DNA of 64,000 nt, taken from the IMG/VR virus record IMGVR_UViG_3300042549_010585; one strand, written 5' to 3'. Each line of letters begins with the position of its first letter. Position 1 is the first letter of the stretch. Both the position numbers and the translations under genes were made by a program. Shown piece after piece: positions 8,855 through 18,963 of this stretch. The notes under the pieces are model-generated. The model saw only the letters and a list, made by a program, of their open reading frames with translations, made no database searches and was not told where the DNA came from. This stretch comes from an uncultured virus (IMG/VR IMGVR_UViG_3300042549_010585) (lineage: Duplodnaviria; Heunggongvirae; Uroviricota; Caudoviricetes).

Positions 8855-10225
8855 GTGGCTAAAGTTAAGCATATTTACGTTATCGACACTTGTGTAGTTT
8901 TGCACGATCCAATGGCTTTGTACAAATTTGGCGAACATGATATTTATTTACCATTAGCGGTAATCGATGATTTAGATGATATCAAAACAAGGCCCGGTAA
9001 CATTAGCTGGAGCGCAAGAGAAGTATTTAGAATTTTAGACAAAATTGATCTTAAAACAATGGTAGACAAGGGCGTCATCATTAATGAAGAAAAGGGTAAA
9101 TTATTTATTTATAATACTGAAGCTCCTTTGACAAAAAATGAATCTCCAAATATTGTCAAGGTTAATTCTGACAATGCTATCATCAATGCAGCAATTTCTC
9201 TTAAGAATAAATTTCCAAATAGACCAGTCACGATCATAACTAAAGATACAGGTTTGAGAGTAAGAGCAAATGCTTGGGGCTGCCATGCAGAAAATTATCA
9301 AGTTGATCTTATTGATTTAAAGCCCTTTACTGGTATGACATATTATGAAGTTACTTCAGATTCTGACTGGACATTACTTTGGCAAAATGATATAATTGAG
9401 ATCACAAAGCTTTCTAAAGAATTAAAAGAAAAGTTAGTTTCTGTAAATCCCAATGAATTTGCTATTTTTCAATATGGTGAATTAAAGTGTCCAACATATC
9501 ATAAAGATGGCATTCTTAAAGTACTTAAGGAAAAGCATGTCACTGGCAAACAAGCCTATTCTGAAATTAAAGGCAAGAACTTAGAGCAAAAATGTGCCCT
9601 AGAACTATTGAACGACAATACAGTTCCACTCGTTACCTTAATTGGAGCTGCTGGTACAGGTAAATCATTCTTGGCAATTGCATCTGCTTTGCAAGCTATT
9701 AATGACAGAATGTATGACAGGATTGTTGTAATGAAGCCCCTTATTCCTGTTGGAGGTAAAGATATTGGAGCTTTGCCTGGTGACAAATTTGAAAAAATTT
9801 CTGCATGGTTAGGTCCTGTCAAAGACAATATTGATCAAATCCTTGGTTCTAAATCAATGACTGCAGACAACATGTTTGAAGAGATGGTTCGTGAAGGAAT
9901 GATCGAAGTAGAAGCAATGGCATTTATTCAAGGTAGATCTATTGCAAATTCTATCATTATCCTAGACGAAGCTCAAAACATCACACCTAGAGAGGCCAGA
10001 ATGGTCGTAGAAAGGTGCGGGAAGAATTCTAAGGTAATATTATTAGGAGACCCTTCGCAGGTTGAGAATTCTTACTTAGATGCAAGATCCAACGGTTTAG
10101 CACATGCTGTATCTGGAGGAAAAACACTCAAGGAATGTGGCACAGTTACATTAACCAAGGTAGAAAGATCTGTTTTGGCATCTGTGGCATCAACTATTTT
10201 CAACGCACCAGAAGCAAGAAGATAA
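8855..10225 (+). CDS. phoH: PIN-domain PhoH family ATPase (PhoH2/YlaK type)
   Basis: PIN motifs VIDTCVVLHDP, DNAII, TKD; P-loop GAAGTGKS, IGALPG, QGRS, ILDEAQN, GDPSQ; GTG start with AGGAGG RBS. Confidence 0.93.
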   Translation: MAKVKHIYVIDTCVVLHDPMALYKFGEHDIYLPLAVIDDLDDIKTRPGNISWSAREVFRILDKIDLKTMVDKGVIINEEKGKLFIYNTEAPLTKNESPNIVKVNSDNAIINAAISLKNKFPNRPVTIITKDTGLRVRANAWGCHAENYQVDLIDLKPFTGMTYYEVTSDSDWTLLWQNDIIEITKLSKELKEKLVSVNPNEFAIFQYGELKCPTYHKDGILKVLKEKHVTGKQAYSEIKGKNLEQKCALELLNDNTVPLVTLIGAAGTGKSFLAIASALQAINDRMYDRIVVMKPLIPVGGKDIGALPGDKFEKISAWLGPVKDNIDQILGSKSMTADNMFEEMVREGMIEVEAMAFIQGRSIANSIIILDEAQNITPREARMVVERCGKNSKVILLGDPSQVENSYLDARSNGLAHAVSGGKTLKECGTVTLTKVERSVLASVASTIFNAPEARR

Positions 10226-10228
10226 ATT

Positions 10229-10744
10229 ATGGCAGTTACTGTTTCTTGGAATTCACACACTAGTGTAGCAGGGTACAACTTAACGCAACAAGATGTACCC
10301 TACCTTGACTTGACTTTGTCATCTCCATTAGATAAAGTTATAAGTGTAAAATTTAAAGGAACAGAAGTATTTGGATTAGATATCTTCTTAGGAGATTTAT
10401 ATGCTGATGTTTACTATGATGACGGAACAATTGATTTAAGACAGCATATTGTAAATGATTTAGGAGCTCAAATATTAGCTGTAGTTTTTACAGCTGACGA
10501 TGATGCTGATTTTATAGACCATAATGCCTGGACAGAATTATCCACTGGAAGTCCTACAGCAAAATTAAGAATCGATGATGTATTAACATTAGATCCAAAA
10601 TTCGAAGCTCAATCAAGTTTAATAGGCGTGAGGATGACAACTCCAGGCATTTCTGGATATCAAATCCGGAACTTCAGATTGGTTATGGAGTTCCAAACTA
10701 AAATGCCAGACTTATCAACAGTTACAAACCCACTTCCATACTAA
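10229..10744 (+). CDS. hypothetical beta-rich protein
   Basis: 171-aa ORF starting 3 nt after the phoH stop. Confidence 0.7.
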   Translation: MAVTVSWNSHTSVAGYNLTQQDVPYLDLTLSSPLDKVISVKFKGTEVFGLDIFLGDLYADVYYDDGTIDLRQHIVNDLGAQILAVVFTADDDADFIDHNAWTELSTGSPTAKLRIDDVLTLDPKFEAQSSLIGVRMTTPGISGYQIRNFRLVMEFQTKMPDLSTVTNPLPY

Positions 10745-10869
10745 AATTTTTTATATAACAAACTAAGCAGGTATTATTCTAAAATTATTTTAAAGGATTA
10801 TTTAAAGGAAAAAACTTTAAATAAAATTAAAATTTAATTGATTGAATTTAAAGCACCAGAGAGAAATCT

Positions 10870-11370
10870 ATGCGAACAATTGAAGCACAAATACACGACA
10901 TTCTTTTGGATTTACTTCCAGAGCAATATTCACAACTAAGCCAAGCTAAAATAGTTGCAGAAGCTGCAAGTATTTACGGCCAAAATATCAAAGGCAATAA
11001 TGTAAAGACAGCTTCAAAAGCTGAAAGCAGCATGATGAAGGCATTGTGGACAGCTTTAGCATCGCTTTCTTTGGAAGAAGACTACGAAGACGATGCTGTC
11101 GACTATGTAGATGGCTTTGGACTGGATCCAAGCCAGATTGTCAGAAGCGCATGTCATAGTTATAAAAATAAAAATACTATCAAGATGTCAAAAATTGCAA
11201 TGGAAATCATAAACGACGAAGACTTAAGTGTTTTCTTAGATAATGAAGACAACTATATTGACAACAACAAGTATGACTTCGACGATGCGCAAGATGAAAC
11301 AAGGCACCCTGACTCAGTTTATAAATCCCCTGGTGACCCAAAACATCGCACTGATTCTACGGTGATTTAA
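10870..11370 (+). CDS. hypothetical acidic protein (possible head-assembly/scaffold-like)
   Basis: 166 aa, D/E-rich, repeated K/R-x-A motifs. Confidence 0.65.
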   Translation: MRTIEAQIHDILLDLLPEQYSQLSQAKIVAEAASIYGQNIKGNNVKTASKAESSMMKALWTALASLSLEEDYEDDAVDYVDGFGLDPSQIVRSACHSYKNKNTIKMSKIAMEIINDEDLSVFLDNEDNYIDNNKYDFDDAQDETRHPDSVYKSPGDPKHRTDSTVI

Positions 11371-12075
11371 ATGTCTTTATTTAAAAAGGCACAAGTCCAA
11401 GGAGACTTTGCAGGTGTTGAAGCTACACCTGCGCCACTTGCTGCCCCTCCTGTACCAGACATGGGTGCGGCTCCAGCGCCAGCTCCAGCTGCGGGCGGAA
11501 TGCCTGATATGTCAGGTCTTTTTGGCACCCCAGCGCCAGCTGCGCCAATGGCAGCTCCTGCCTTAGGAGATAGGCAAGAAATTATCGGCCCTGTTGAATC
11601 ACCTACACAAATCTTTTATGATATGGATGTTGCTAATTTTATAGAAAATAATTTGCAATTTGATGCAGACGCATTGGCTAAAAAGATTTGGTCAGAATAT
11701 GGTGGAACAGAAGAGGGTAGAAGAGATAATGCTAAATTAGGTGAAAGAACCGATGATTTCTCAGACAAATCACCTGAAGAAGCTCAAGCCGAAAGAGAAT
11801 CAACAGAAGACACCAAATGGAAAAGATTGAAAAAGGGAACTTCTATTGAAGATATCATTTCATTTTCTGATTTAGGAAAAATGGTAAGTGGATTGATCTA
11901 TGGTGTTACACAAAAAATATTTGCCCAAGGCGCAGCTCCAGCCGCAGGTGGCGGCATGGCTATGGCTGCAAACAGGGCAAGAATAATTATAGCAAAAAAT
12001 CTCGAGAGAGAATATCTATTTAAAGAATCTGATACGATAATTAAACAACTTATAAATAAAATAAAACTCTCTTAG
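11371..12075 (+). CDS. hypothetical Pro/Ala-rich protein
   Basis: 234 aa, PAPAAGGM repeats, MSLFKKAQ N-terminus. Confidence 0.75.
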   Translation: MSLFKKAQVQGDFAGVEATPAPLAAPPVPDMGAAPAPAPAAGGMPDMSGLFGTPAPAAPMAAPALGDRQEIIGPVESPTQIFYDMDVANFIENNLQFDADALAKKIWSEYGGTEEGRRDNAKLGERTDDFSDKSPEEAQAERESTEDTKWKRLKKGTSIEDIISFSDLGKMVSGLIYGVTQKIFAQGAAPAAGGGMAMAANRARIIIAKNLEREYLFKESDTIIKQLINKIKLS

Positions 12076-12086
12076 GAGAGTTTTAT
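12061..12086 (+). terminator. intrinsic terminator
   Basis: ATAAAACTCTC-ttag-GAGAGTTTTAT 11-bp stem over the stop codon, T-rich downstream. Confidence 0.7.
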
Positions 12087-12102
12087 GCTTTTTTGGCCTA
12101 TT

Positions 12103-12123
12103 TGATACCATAATAAAGTATCA
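12103..12123 (+). promoter_or_regulatory. candidate -10-like element ATACCATAATA inside a TGATAC/GTATCA inverted repeat
   Basis: identical 11-mer lies upstream of clpX (2795-2805, minus strand). Confidence 0.5.
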
Positions 12124-12144
12124 CAATTAAAAGGCGAAAAAGTT

Positions 12145-14097
12145 ATGTCTACACAAGATACAATTCAAGTTCTTAAAGGTCTCGAGGCGGTCAGACTTCG
12201 GCCAGGAATGTATATCGGTGGAACCGACAAGAAGGCTCTACATCATATTCTCTGGGAAGTATTCGACAACTCAGTCGACGAGCATATGGCCAAGGACGAA
12301 AATGGCCAACCTTATTGCTCCCAAATTACTGTTACCATCGAGCAAGATGGCGAAACTATTATGGTTTCTGATAATGGTCGTGGCATTCCAGTAACAGTTC
12401 ATAGCGAATATGTAAATGAAGGCATTACCCAACTAGAGCTCGCTCTGACAAAACTCCATGCTGGAGGTAAGTTTACTCACGATACTGCAACAGGCGGTCT
12501 CCACGGTGTAGGTGTATCATGTGTAAATGCTGTTTCTGACTCATTTAAGGCAATAGTCTACCGTGATGGTGGTCAATTTGAGCAGACATTCTCTCGTGGT
12601 ATCCCAACTTCTAAAACAACTCGCACTGGTGATTCAAAGCAACATGGTACAACAATTATTTACCATCCAGATGTTGAAATCTTCAATGATACTATCAAGT
12701 ATGATGAAGAAATTATCATTGCAAGGCTGCGTGAATCTGCTATGCTCAATGGTGGACTTTGCATTAAGTTCACAAACAAAGCAACTGGTAGAAAAGAAAC
12801 ATTTCTTTTCCAGAGTGGAATTGCTGACTATGTTAAATATTTGGCATCTAATAAAAATGGATTATACCCTTCAGAGCCTATTTCAGGTACGGGTAAATAC
12901 AAGCACCAACAAACAGGCAAAATTGTTGAAGTGAGCTTTGCTATGCAATATGGCGAAGATGATGCTGAAACCATTAAAGTTTATGCAAATAATATTTTTA
13001 ACCCAGATGGCGGAACTCACTTATCGGGTTTTAAGACTTGTCTAACTCGTATTATTAACCAATATGCTCGTAGTTCTGGCGCACTCAAGGAAAAATCATC
13101 TAATCTTTCAGGAGATGATATCAGAGAAGGAATTATCTGTGTTATTTCTGTTAGAATTCCACAGCCTCAGTTTGAATCACAGACAAAGGTTAAACTTGTA
13201 AGCAGTGAAGCTGAAAGTGCTGTAAATACAGTCGTATCTGAATATCTAGTAGATTTCTTTGATAAGAATCCGGCTATTATTTCTCAAATTGTCAGACGCG
13301 CAGTAACGGCACAAGAAGCCCGAGAAGCAGCCAAAAAGACCCAGGAAATGATCAAGCGGAAATCTGTTCTAGGTAAGTCATACAGACTACCAGGCAAGCT
13401 TTCTGACTGTAATAGTGAAGACAAGTCAAGGACTGAACTGTTCTTGGTTGAAGGAGACTCTGCTGCTGGGCCTGCTGTTAACGGAAGAGACTCTGAATAT
13501 CAAGCTGTCCTTCCACTTCGTGGCAAGATCATCAATGCAGAAAAGCATGACTTATCTTCTTTGCTTAAGAATACAGAAATTCAAGATTTGATTTCTGCAA
13601 TTGGTACAGGCATTCAAATCGGTAGTGAAGACAGCGATTTTGATATTGCAAAGCTAAGATATGATAAAATTATTGTACTTACTGACGCCGACGTTGATGG
13701 CGCTCACATCTCTACACTAATTTTAGCTTTCTTTTATAGGTTAATGCCAGAGCTTATCAATCAGGGTCATGTATATTTAGCAAAGCCACCACTATACAGA
13801 GTCAAGGCTGGTAAAGAAATGAACTATGCTTACACTATTGAAGAGAGAGATGCTCTCGTTGCAAAGGCAAAGAGCAAGGCTGAAATCACTAGATTTAAAG
13901 GCCTTGGAGAAATGAACTTTGACGAGCTTCGTGATACTACTATGGATGTTAAAACACGAAGATTAATTAAGGTAGAGGTCCACGATAAGTTTGAGGCAGA
14001 CAACATGCTGTCTGTACTTATGGGAAATAATATAGCCGCAAGAAAAGAGCATATTGTAGAAAAATCACTTCTACGCTCGCAACAAATGGCAGTTTAA
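12145..14097 (+). CDS. gyrB: DNA gyrase subunit B
   Basis: LEAVRLRPGMYIG, EVFDNSVDE, DNGRGIP, GLHGVGVSCVN, QTK, TOPRIM EGDSA/PLRGK/DADVDG, RFKGLGEM; short (~650 aa) form. Confidence 0.96.
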   Translation: MSTQDTIQVLKGLEAVRLRPGMYIGGTDKKALHHILWEVFDNSVDEHMAKDENGQPYCSQITVTIEQDGETIMVSDNGRGIPVTVHSEYVNEGITQLELALTKLHAGGKFTHDTATGGLHGVGVSCVNAVSDSFKAIVYRDGGQFEQTFSRGIPTSKTTRTGDSKQHGTTIIYHPDVEIFNDTIKYDEEIIIARLRESAMLNGGLCIKFTNKATGRKETFLFQSGIADYVKYLASNKNGLYPSEPISGTGKYKHQQTGKIVEVSFAMQYGEDDAETIKVYANNIFNPDGGTHLSGFKTCLTRIINQYARSSGALKEKSSNLSGDDIREGIICVISVRIPQPQFESQTKVKLVSSEAESAVNTVVSEYLVDFFDKNPAIISQIVRRAVTAQEAREAAKKTQEMIKRKSVLGKSYRLPGKLSDCNSEDKSRTELFLVEGDSAAGPAVNGRDSEYQAVLPLRGKIINAEKHDLSSLLKNTEIQDLISAIGTGIQIGSEDSDFDIAKLRYDKIIVLTDADVDGAHISTLILAFFYRLMPELINQGHVYLAKPPLYRVKAGKEMNYAYTIEERDALVAKAKSKAEITRFKGLGEMNFDELRDTTMDVKTRRLIKVEVHDKFEADNMLSVLMGNNIAARKEHIVEKSLLRSQQMAV

Positions 14098-14107
14098 GGA
14101 ATTAATT

Positions 14108-16630
14108 ATGGCAAAAAATAAAGTTACAGCTTTGGCTGAAGACATCGTAGAGGTTATTGAGGGTGTGCCCTTTGCTTCCATCATTGATGAAAGGTATATG
14201 AATTACACCTTCTTTGTAATGGAAGACCGCGCTATCCCAGATGCCCGAGATGGTCTAAAGCCAGTTCAGCGCAGAATTCTTTATGGAATGAAAGATCTGG
14301 GAGTAAAAGCTTCCTCTCCAACCACAAAGTCTGCTAAAGTAGTTGGGCACGTTATGGGTAATTACCACCCACACGGTGATGCCGCAATTTATGATACCCT
14401 TGTAAATATGACGCAAGACTGGAAGGCTCGCCATCCACTCACTCTTGGCCAGGGAAACTGGGGATCAATTCATGGACACTCAGCTGCTGCACAACGATAC
14501 ACAGAATGTAAACTGTCTAAGTTTGGTGAATCAGTTCTTGATGATGTAAACGCTGATGTAGTTGCTTACGAGCCTAACTACAATGACGAAATGCAAATGC
14601 CAACAGTTCTGCCATCAAAGCTTCCAAACCTACTGGTTAATGGAACATCAGGTATTGCTGTAGGTGTAGCTACGAAGATTCCACCGCATAACCTTCGTGA
14701 AGTCTCCAACTTGATTTCAACATTCATTGAAAAGAATGGCCAATTAACCACTGATGAAATTATTAATATTATGCCTGGTCCAGACTTTCCAACAGGAGGT
14801 ATTATCCGTGGCCAGAAGGGTGTTCGTGACTATTACGAAACTGGACGAGGTTCCGTTGTCATTGATGGTATATATGAAATTGAGGTCGATGACAAAGGCC
14901 GCCAAAAAATTATCATTACAGGCCTACCTTACAGTGCTTCGCCTTCAGAACTTGCAGAAAAAATTGAAGAGCTGGTTAGAGAAAAGAAAATAGATGGCAT
15001 TGATGATCTAAAGGATTTGTCACACGGCAAAGATGGTCAAACACACGTTAAGATTATTGTTTACATCTCTAAAACAGGCAATGCAAATTTGATTGTAAAT
15101 CAACTTCTTAAATCTACAAATTTAAGAATGTCTTTCAATGTAAACAATACTGTAACTGTCAATAAGAGAATTATTGAAAATGCTCCTATTCTTAAGCTTG
15201 TAGACATCTTTGTGTCACACCGCAAACAAGTACTTACAAACCGCTACAACGCCGAATTAGCTGACAATGAATCAAGAATGCACATTCTTGAAGGCCTCAT
15301 TGCTGTAAGCTCTAGAATTGATGAAGCTATTGCTTTAATCAGAGCATCTGATAGTCCTGCTGAAGCAACAGTCGCACTCATCGGTAACGGTCTGGTAAAA
15401 AGCGAAGAGCAAGCTAAAGCTGTATTGGCAATTACCTTATCAAGGCTTACAAAGCTTGAAGCTGATAGACTGCTTAATGAAAAAGATGAATTGTCAAAGA
15501 GAAACGAATGGCTAAGAGGAGTTCTTGAAAGTGAAAATAAGATCTTAAAGATTGTAGCAAAAGAGACTGGAGATCTTGCAAAGCAGCTTGGTAATGAAAG
15601 ACTTACTACAATGGGTTCTTCACCAGATGAAATCACTACAGAAGATTTAATCCCAGAAGAGCAATGTATTATTTCCATGACAAAAGATGGATATATCAAG
15701 CGCTTGCCTCTCGCTGCTTATAGGGTTCAAGCTCGTGGTGGTCGTGGTGTCACTAACCTTTCCAAGGCCAATGAAGAAGCATCTGAATTATTTGTGGCTT
15801 CAACACACGAATTAATTCTTTTCTTTACAAACACAGGTTTGATGTTTAAGAAAAAAGGATATGAAATTCCAGAATTTAGCAGAACTCATAAAGGTATCCA
15901 CCTTGCTAATCTCTTGGATCTCAATCAAAAAGAGAAGATTGCTGGATTCATTCCACTTAAGACATTAGACCAAGATGGATTCATTGTAATGATTACTAGA
16001 AATGGCAAAATTAAAAGAACTCAAATTCGTGAGTATGATACAAATCTTAAGACAAAGGGTCTTAAGGCTATACAATTAGCTGAATCTGATGAAGTTGCTT
16101 ACATTGAACAAACCAATGGCTCTAAGGATGTATTTATGGTTACAAGCATGGGTAAGGCTGTAAGATACTCTGAAGATAATGTTACAATTACAGGACGTGC
16201 TACACAAGGTGTAAAGGCAATGAATTTGTCAGACCAAGATTCTATTGCACAGCTTTTAGTTCTTGGCTCCGACGAAAATCCTGATATTCTTGTAGCAACT
16301 TCGCAGGGGTTTGCAAAGCGAACTAATGCCAGTGAATACAAATCTACTTCTGGTAGAAATGTAAGAGGAGTAAACACAATTGATCAAGTTAAGTTTGATA
16401 GAAATGGCGCAATTGTTTCGGCCAGTACTGTCAGCGATGGTGATTCATTGATTATTCTTACTAAGAAGGGACAGATTATTCAAATTCCTGTTGATGAGAT
16501 TAGATCTACTGGCAGAAGTACAATGGGAGTGAAAATTGTAAAGCTGGACATGAATGATTCTCTTACTTCTATTGCAAAGGTAACTGATGGAGTTGCACAA
16601 GCTGAGCGAATCGCAGAAGAAATGCTATAA
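14108..16630 (+). CDS. gyrA: DNA gyrase subunit A
   Basis: DGLKPVQRR, YHPHGD, catalytic RY (AQRYTE), GIAVG, PDFPTGG, GyrA-box QARGGRG and C-terminal pinwheel repeats. Confidence 0.96.
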   Translation: MAKNKVTALAEDIVEVIEGVPFASIIDERYMNYTFFVMEDRAIPDARDGLKPVQRRILYGMKDLGVKASSPTTKSAKVVGHVMGNYHPHGDAAIYDTLVNMTQDWKARHPLTLGQGNWGSIHGHSAAAQRYTECKLSKFGESVLDDVNADVVAYEPNYNDEMQMPTVLPSKLPNLLVNGTSGIAVGVATKIPPHNLREVSNLISTFIEKNGQLTTDEIINIMPGPDFPTGGIIRGQKGVRDYYETGRGSVVIDGIYEIEVDDKGRQKIIITGLPYSASPSELAEKIEELVREKKIDGIDDLKDLSHGKDGQTHVKIIVYISKTGNANLIVNQLLKSTNLRMSFNVNNTVTVNKRIIENAPILKLVDIFVSHRKQVLTNRYNAELADNESRMHILEGLIAVSSRIDEAIALIRASDSPAEATVALIGNGLVKSEEQAKAVLAITLSRLTKLEADRLLNEKDELSKRNEWLRGVLESENKILKIVAKETGDLAKQLGNERLTTMGSSPDEITTEDLIPEEQCIISMTKDGYIKRLPLAAYRVQARGGRGVTNLSKANEEASELFVASTHELILFFTNTGLMFKKKGYEIPEFSRTHKGIHLANLLDLNQKEKIAGFIPLKTLDQDGFIVMITRNGKIKRTQIREYDTNLKTKGLKAIQLAESDEVAYIEQTNGSKDVFMVTSMGKAVRYSEDNVTITGRATQGVKAMNLSDQDSIAQLLVLGSDENPDILVATSQGFAKRTNASEYKSTSGRNVRGVNTIDQVKFDRNGAIVSASTVSDGDSLIILTKKGQIIQIPVDEIRSTGRSTMGVKIVKLDMNDSLTSIAKVTDGVAQAERIAEEML

Positions 16631-16650
16631 ATATATAAAATATTTATTTG

Positions 16651-16680
16651 AACAACCCGCCATAGGCGGGTTGTTTTTTT
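16651..16680 (+). terminator. intrinsic terminator after gyrA
   Basis: AACAACCCGCC-ata-GGCGGGTTGTT followed by a T run. Confidence 0.9.
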
Positions 16681-16682
16681 AT

Positions 16683-16708
16683 AGGGTTATTATTATATTC
16701 AAAAGAAA
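16683..16708 (+). promoter_or_regulatory. candidate AGG-N19-GAAA promoter
   Basis: AGG 16683-16685, GAAA 16705-16708, immediately after the terminator and before the tail-tube-like genes. Confidence 0.55.
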
Positions 16709-16730
16709 AATATCATTATTGGAGAACTAA

Positions 16731-17726
16731 ATGGCCAGAAGAAAATCTAACAAAAGCATATTTACAACAATGTCTGAGCCCACAACAAAAGCACCAGGAC
16801 TATACTCAAGGATGGAAGTGGCAACAGGCCTCCTGGTAAGGTCTATCAGGGTGAATGGAGCTCCTTTGCTTGTTGAAAGTTTTGACGTCCAACCAAAACA
16901 AGATATTGAAGTTAAATGGTTCATTCAAGGTGGACCAAGAGCTTCTATATCTGACATTGGCAAAAAGTGGATCGAAGGACAAATAGTTTTCCCGCTTAGA
17001 GTTGAAAGAGATGGAACAGTCTCCAATGCAATAAGAACCATACTTAGAAATGCAGAATTGCCAAATAGTAGCATAAGTTTAGACACTAACCATACTTTAT
17101 CTTATCTAGGTATAACAGCCGAAAACGGGGGATCTGATAGTAATGAATTATTGTCGCTTAATGATGTAATTGTAAAGTCTTTAACAATTAATGCCAGCGC
17201 AGATTCTGAAGTCAAAATAACAGTTGGTTTTTTTGGAAGAATTGACAGTAGAGTTCCTGGAGATTATATAGCTCCACCAGACATTGAATTAGGCAGAATG
17301 ATCACATGGGCCGATTGTGATGCAAGCAGATTAAGTTCAGCCATGCGTACTGTTTCATTATTGGAGTTTACTATAGAGAACACTGTAGAAGATGTTACTT
17401 TCTTAACTGCATATGGTGATACAAGAAGTGACCAGATAGCAACATTTGGTGTTAAACAATGTAAATGGTCTGGAAGATATGAAGAAATCCAAAGACTTGG
17501 AGTAGAAACTGAAAACTATTTTCATGGAGGATGGAAAGTTGGAGAGAATATTATATTCGACTTTGGTATAGTAAAATTCTATACAAGAGTGCCATTATTC
17601 CAAATATCAGAGCAACCTTTATCTGCAAGAATGATAGTTAGAAAATCAAAATTTATAACCATTACATCACCAAATCAAGCAAACTTACAAGGAAAATTGA
17701 TATATTTTCCAGAAGAAGAAATTTGA
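16731..17726 (+). CDS. putative tail tube-like protein (paralog 1)
   Basis: beta-rich; SLLEFTIEN and G-x-x-x-x-x-G strand patterns typical of tube folds; local similarity to 17818-18912. Confidence 0.5.
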   Translation: MARRKSNKSIFTTMSEPTTKAPGLYSRMEVATGLLVRSIRVNGAPLLVESFDVQPKQDIEVKWFIQGGPRASISDIGKKWIEGQIVFPLRVERDGTVSNAIRTILRNAELPNSSISLDTNHTLSYLGITAENGGSDSNELLSLNDVIVKSLTINASADSEVKITVGFFGRIDSRVPGDYIAPPDIELGRMITWADCDASRLSSAMRTVSLLEFTIENTVEDVTFLTAYGDTRSDQIATFGVKQCKWSGRYEEIQRLGVETENYFHGGWKVGENIIFDFGIVKFYTRVPLFQISEQPLSARMIVRKSKFITITSPNQANLQGKLIYFPEEEI

Positions 17727-17817
17727 ACCTTTGTTTTCGTGTTTTGAATTATTTTTGTAGTAAGTTAAAATGCAAAATTGACTGCAAAACTAATGTTTTA
17801 TAAGGAGAAAATATCCA

Positions 17818-18912
17818 ATGCCAGTAAATAACAAGTTATACGGCGTATACAAACTTCTCGAGCTTGGTGGCCAGAAGTATATTGTAGAGCGCGCAAATAG
17901 AAACCGCCAGATGGAAGCAACACCTAAGAACTATGTTCAGGGTACAGCTAAGTCCCGTATCATGGACATCGGCGGAATCTTTGAAGAGATCAGTGTTTCT
18001 CTTCCAATTCTCGTGGGTGGAGCTGCTGAAAACGGTCTTGATGGTAGAGGTCTTCTTAACACCTATATCCAAAGAGCGCTTGATGAAAATTCAACAGCTA
18101 TTCCATTGATCACTTCTGCAAGAGTTAGTATCACACAGGAACAAGCCAATATTCAAGCTAACTTCCTTTCTGATGGTAGACCATCTTCCCAGGCATTTAT
18201 TGTTACCAACTTCCCAGTTGATAGCGTTCCTGGTTCACCTCTTGATCCTCAGGTAGCTGGTCCTACCAGAGTTGCTCGTTTCTACGACTTTAGATGTAGA
18301 ATTGGTGGTATCATCTACTACATCATGGAAGCAACCCTTGAAGTTACTGTCCAAACAGACAGAAAGTACTTTATTGCTGGTTCCGAAGTTGGCTGGGGCG
18401 ATACTGCACAGTATGTTCACCCTGACCTTGAAACCACACATAACCCACTCAAGTCAAATGAAGCAAACAACCCTTACAACTTTGGTACACAGTTCCCATT
18501 TATTGGTGTAACTGGTATTAGAGTTCAGGGAAGTGGCAAGGCTGCTGTAGAACTCAGTGACCTTTCAGTTCCTGTTGACTATGACTTTAACGACTACGCA
18601 ACACCACAAGCCAAATGGGAAGCTATCAACGTTGACCTTACATCTGATGGTGGCAACAATGGTAACCACTACGAGCTTACATGGCAACAGCCAGGTGAAG
18701 TTAGAACAGCTGCAGACCAGTTGAATGACCCAACTGCAGTTGGATTCCAACTGCAGATCTGGAACCCAAGCTCCACCACAGCTGGTGCATGGGAAGACCT
18801 TCTTCAGGGTTCTGGATTGAACCTTGACTATTCAGTTGTAACCAAGTCTGACTTCCAAGTCACAACTGGTATTCTTACTGTGGACTTCTCGTTCATCAAC
18901 TGGGTTAAGTAA
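17818..18912 (+). CDS. putative major tail tube-like protein (paralog 2)
   Basis: strong AAGGAG RBS, C-ending codon bias (AAC/TTC/TAC), strong terminator, similarity to the upstream ORF. Confidence 0.55.
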   Translation: MPVNNKLYGVYKLLELGGQKYIVERANRNRQMEATPKNYVQGTAKSRIMDIGGIFEEISVSLPILVGGAAENGLDGRGLLNTYIQRALDENSTAIPLITSARVSITQEQANIQANFLSDGRPSSQAFIVTNFPVDSVPGSPLDPQVAGPTRVARFYDFRCRIGGIIYYIMEATLEVTVQTDRKYFIAGSEVGWGDTAQYVHPDLETTHNPLKSNEANNPYNFGTQFPFIGVTGIRVQGSGKAAVELSDLSVPVDYDFNDYATPQAKWEAINVDLTSDGGNNGNHYELTWQQPGEVRTAADQLNDPTAVGFQLQIWNPSSTTAGAWEDLLQGSGLNLDYSVVTKSDFQVTTGILTVDFSFINWVK

Positions 18913-18937
18913 TCTTTATCCAGAAGATACAAAGCAG

Positions 18938-18963
18938 AAAAACCTCCCGAAAGGGAGGTTTTT
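18938..18963. terminator. bidirectional intrinsic terminator
   Basis: AAAAACCTCCC-gaaa-GGGAGGTTTTT between convergent genes. Confidence 0.9.

Noticed and set aside
10225..11371. Read-through at other in-frame junctions (10225/10229, 11370/11371)
   Set aside because: No domain continuity across these stops; ordinary translational coupling explains them
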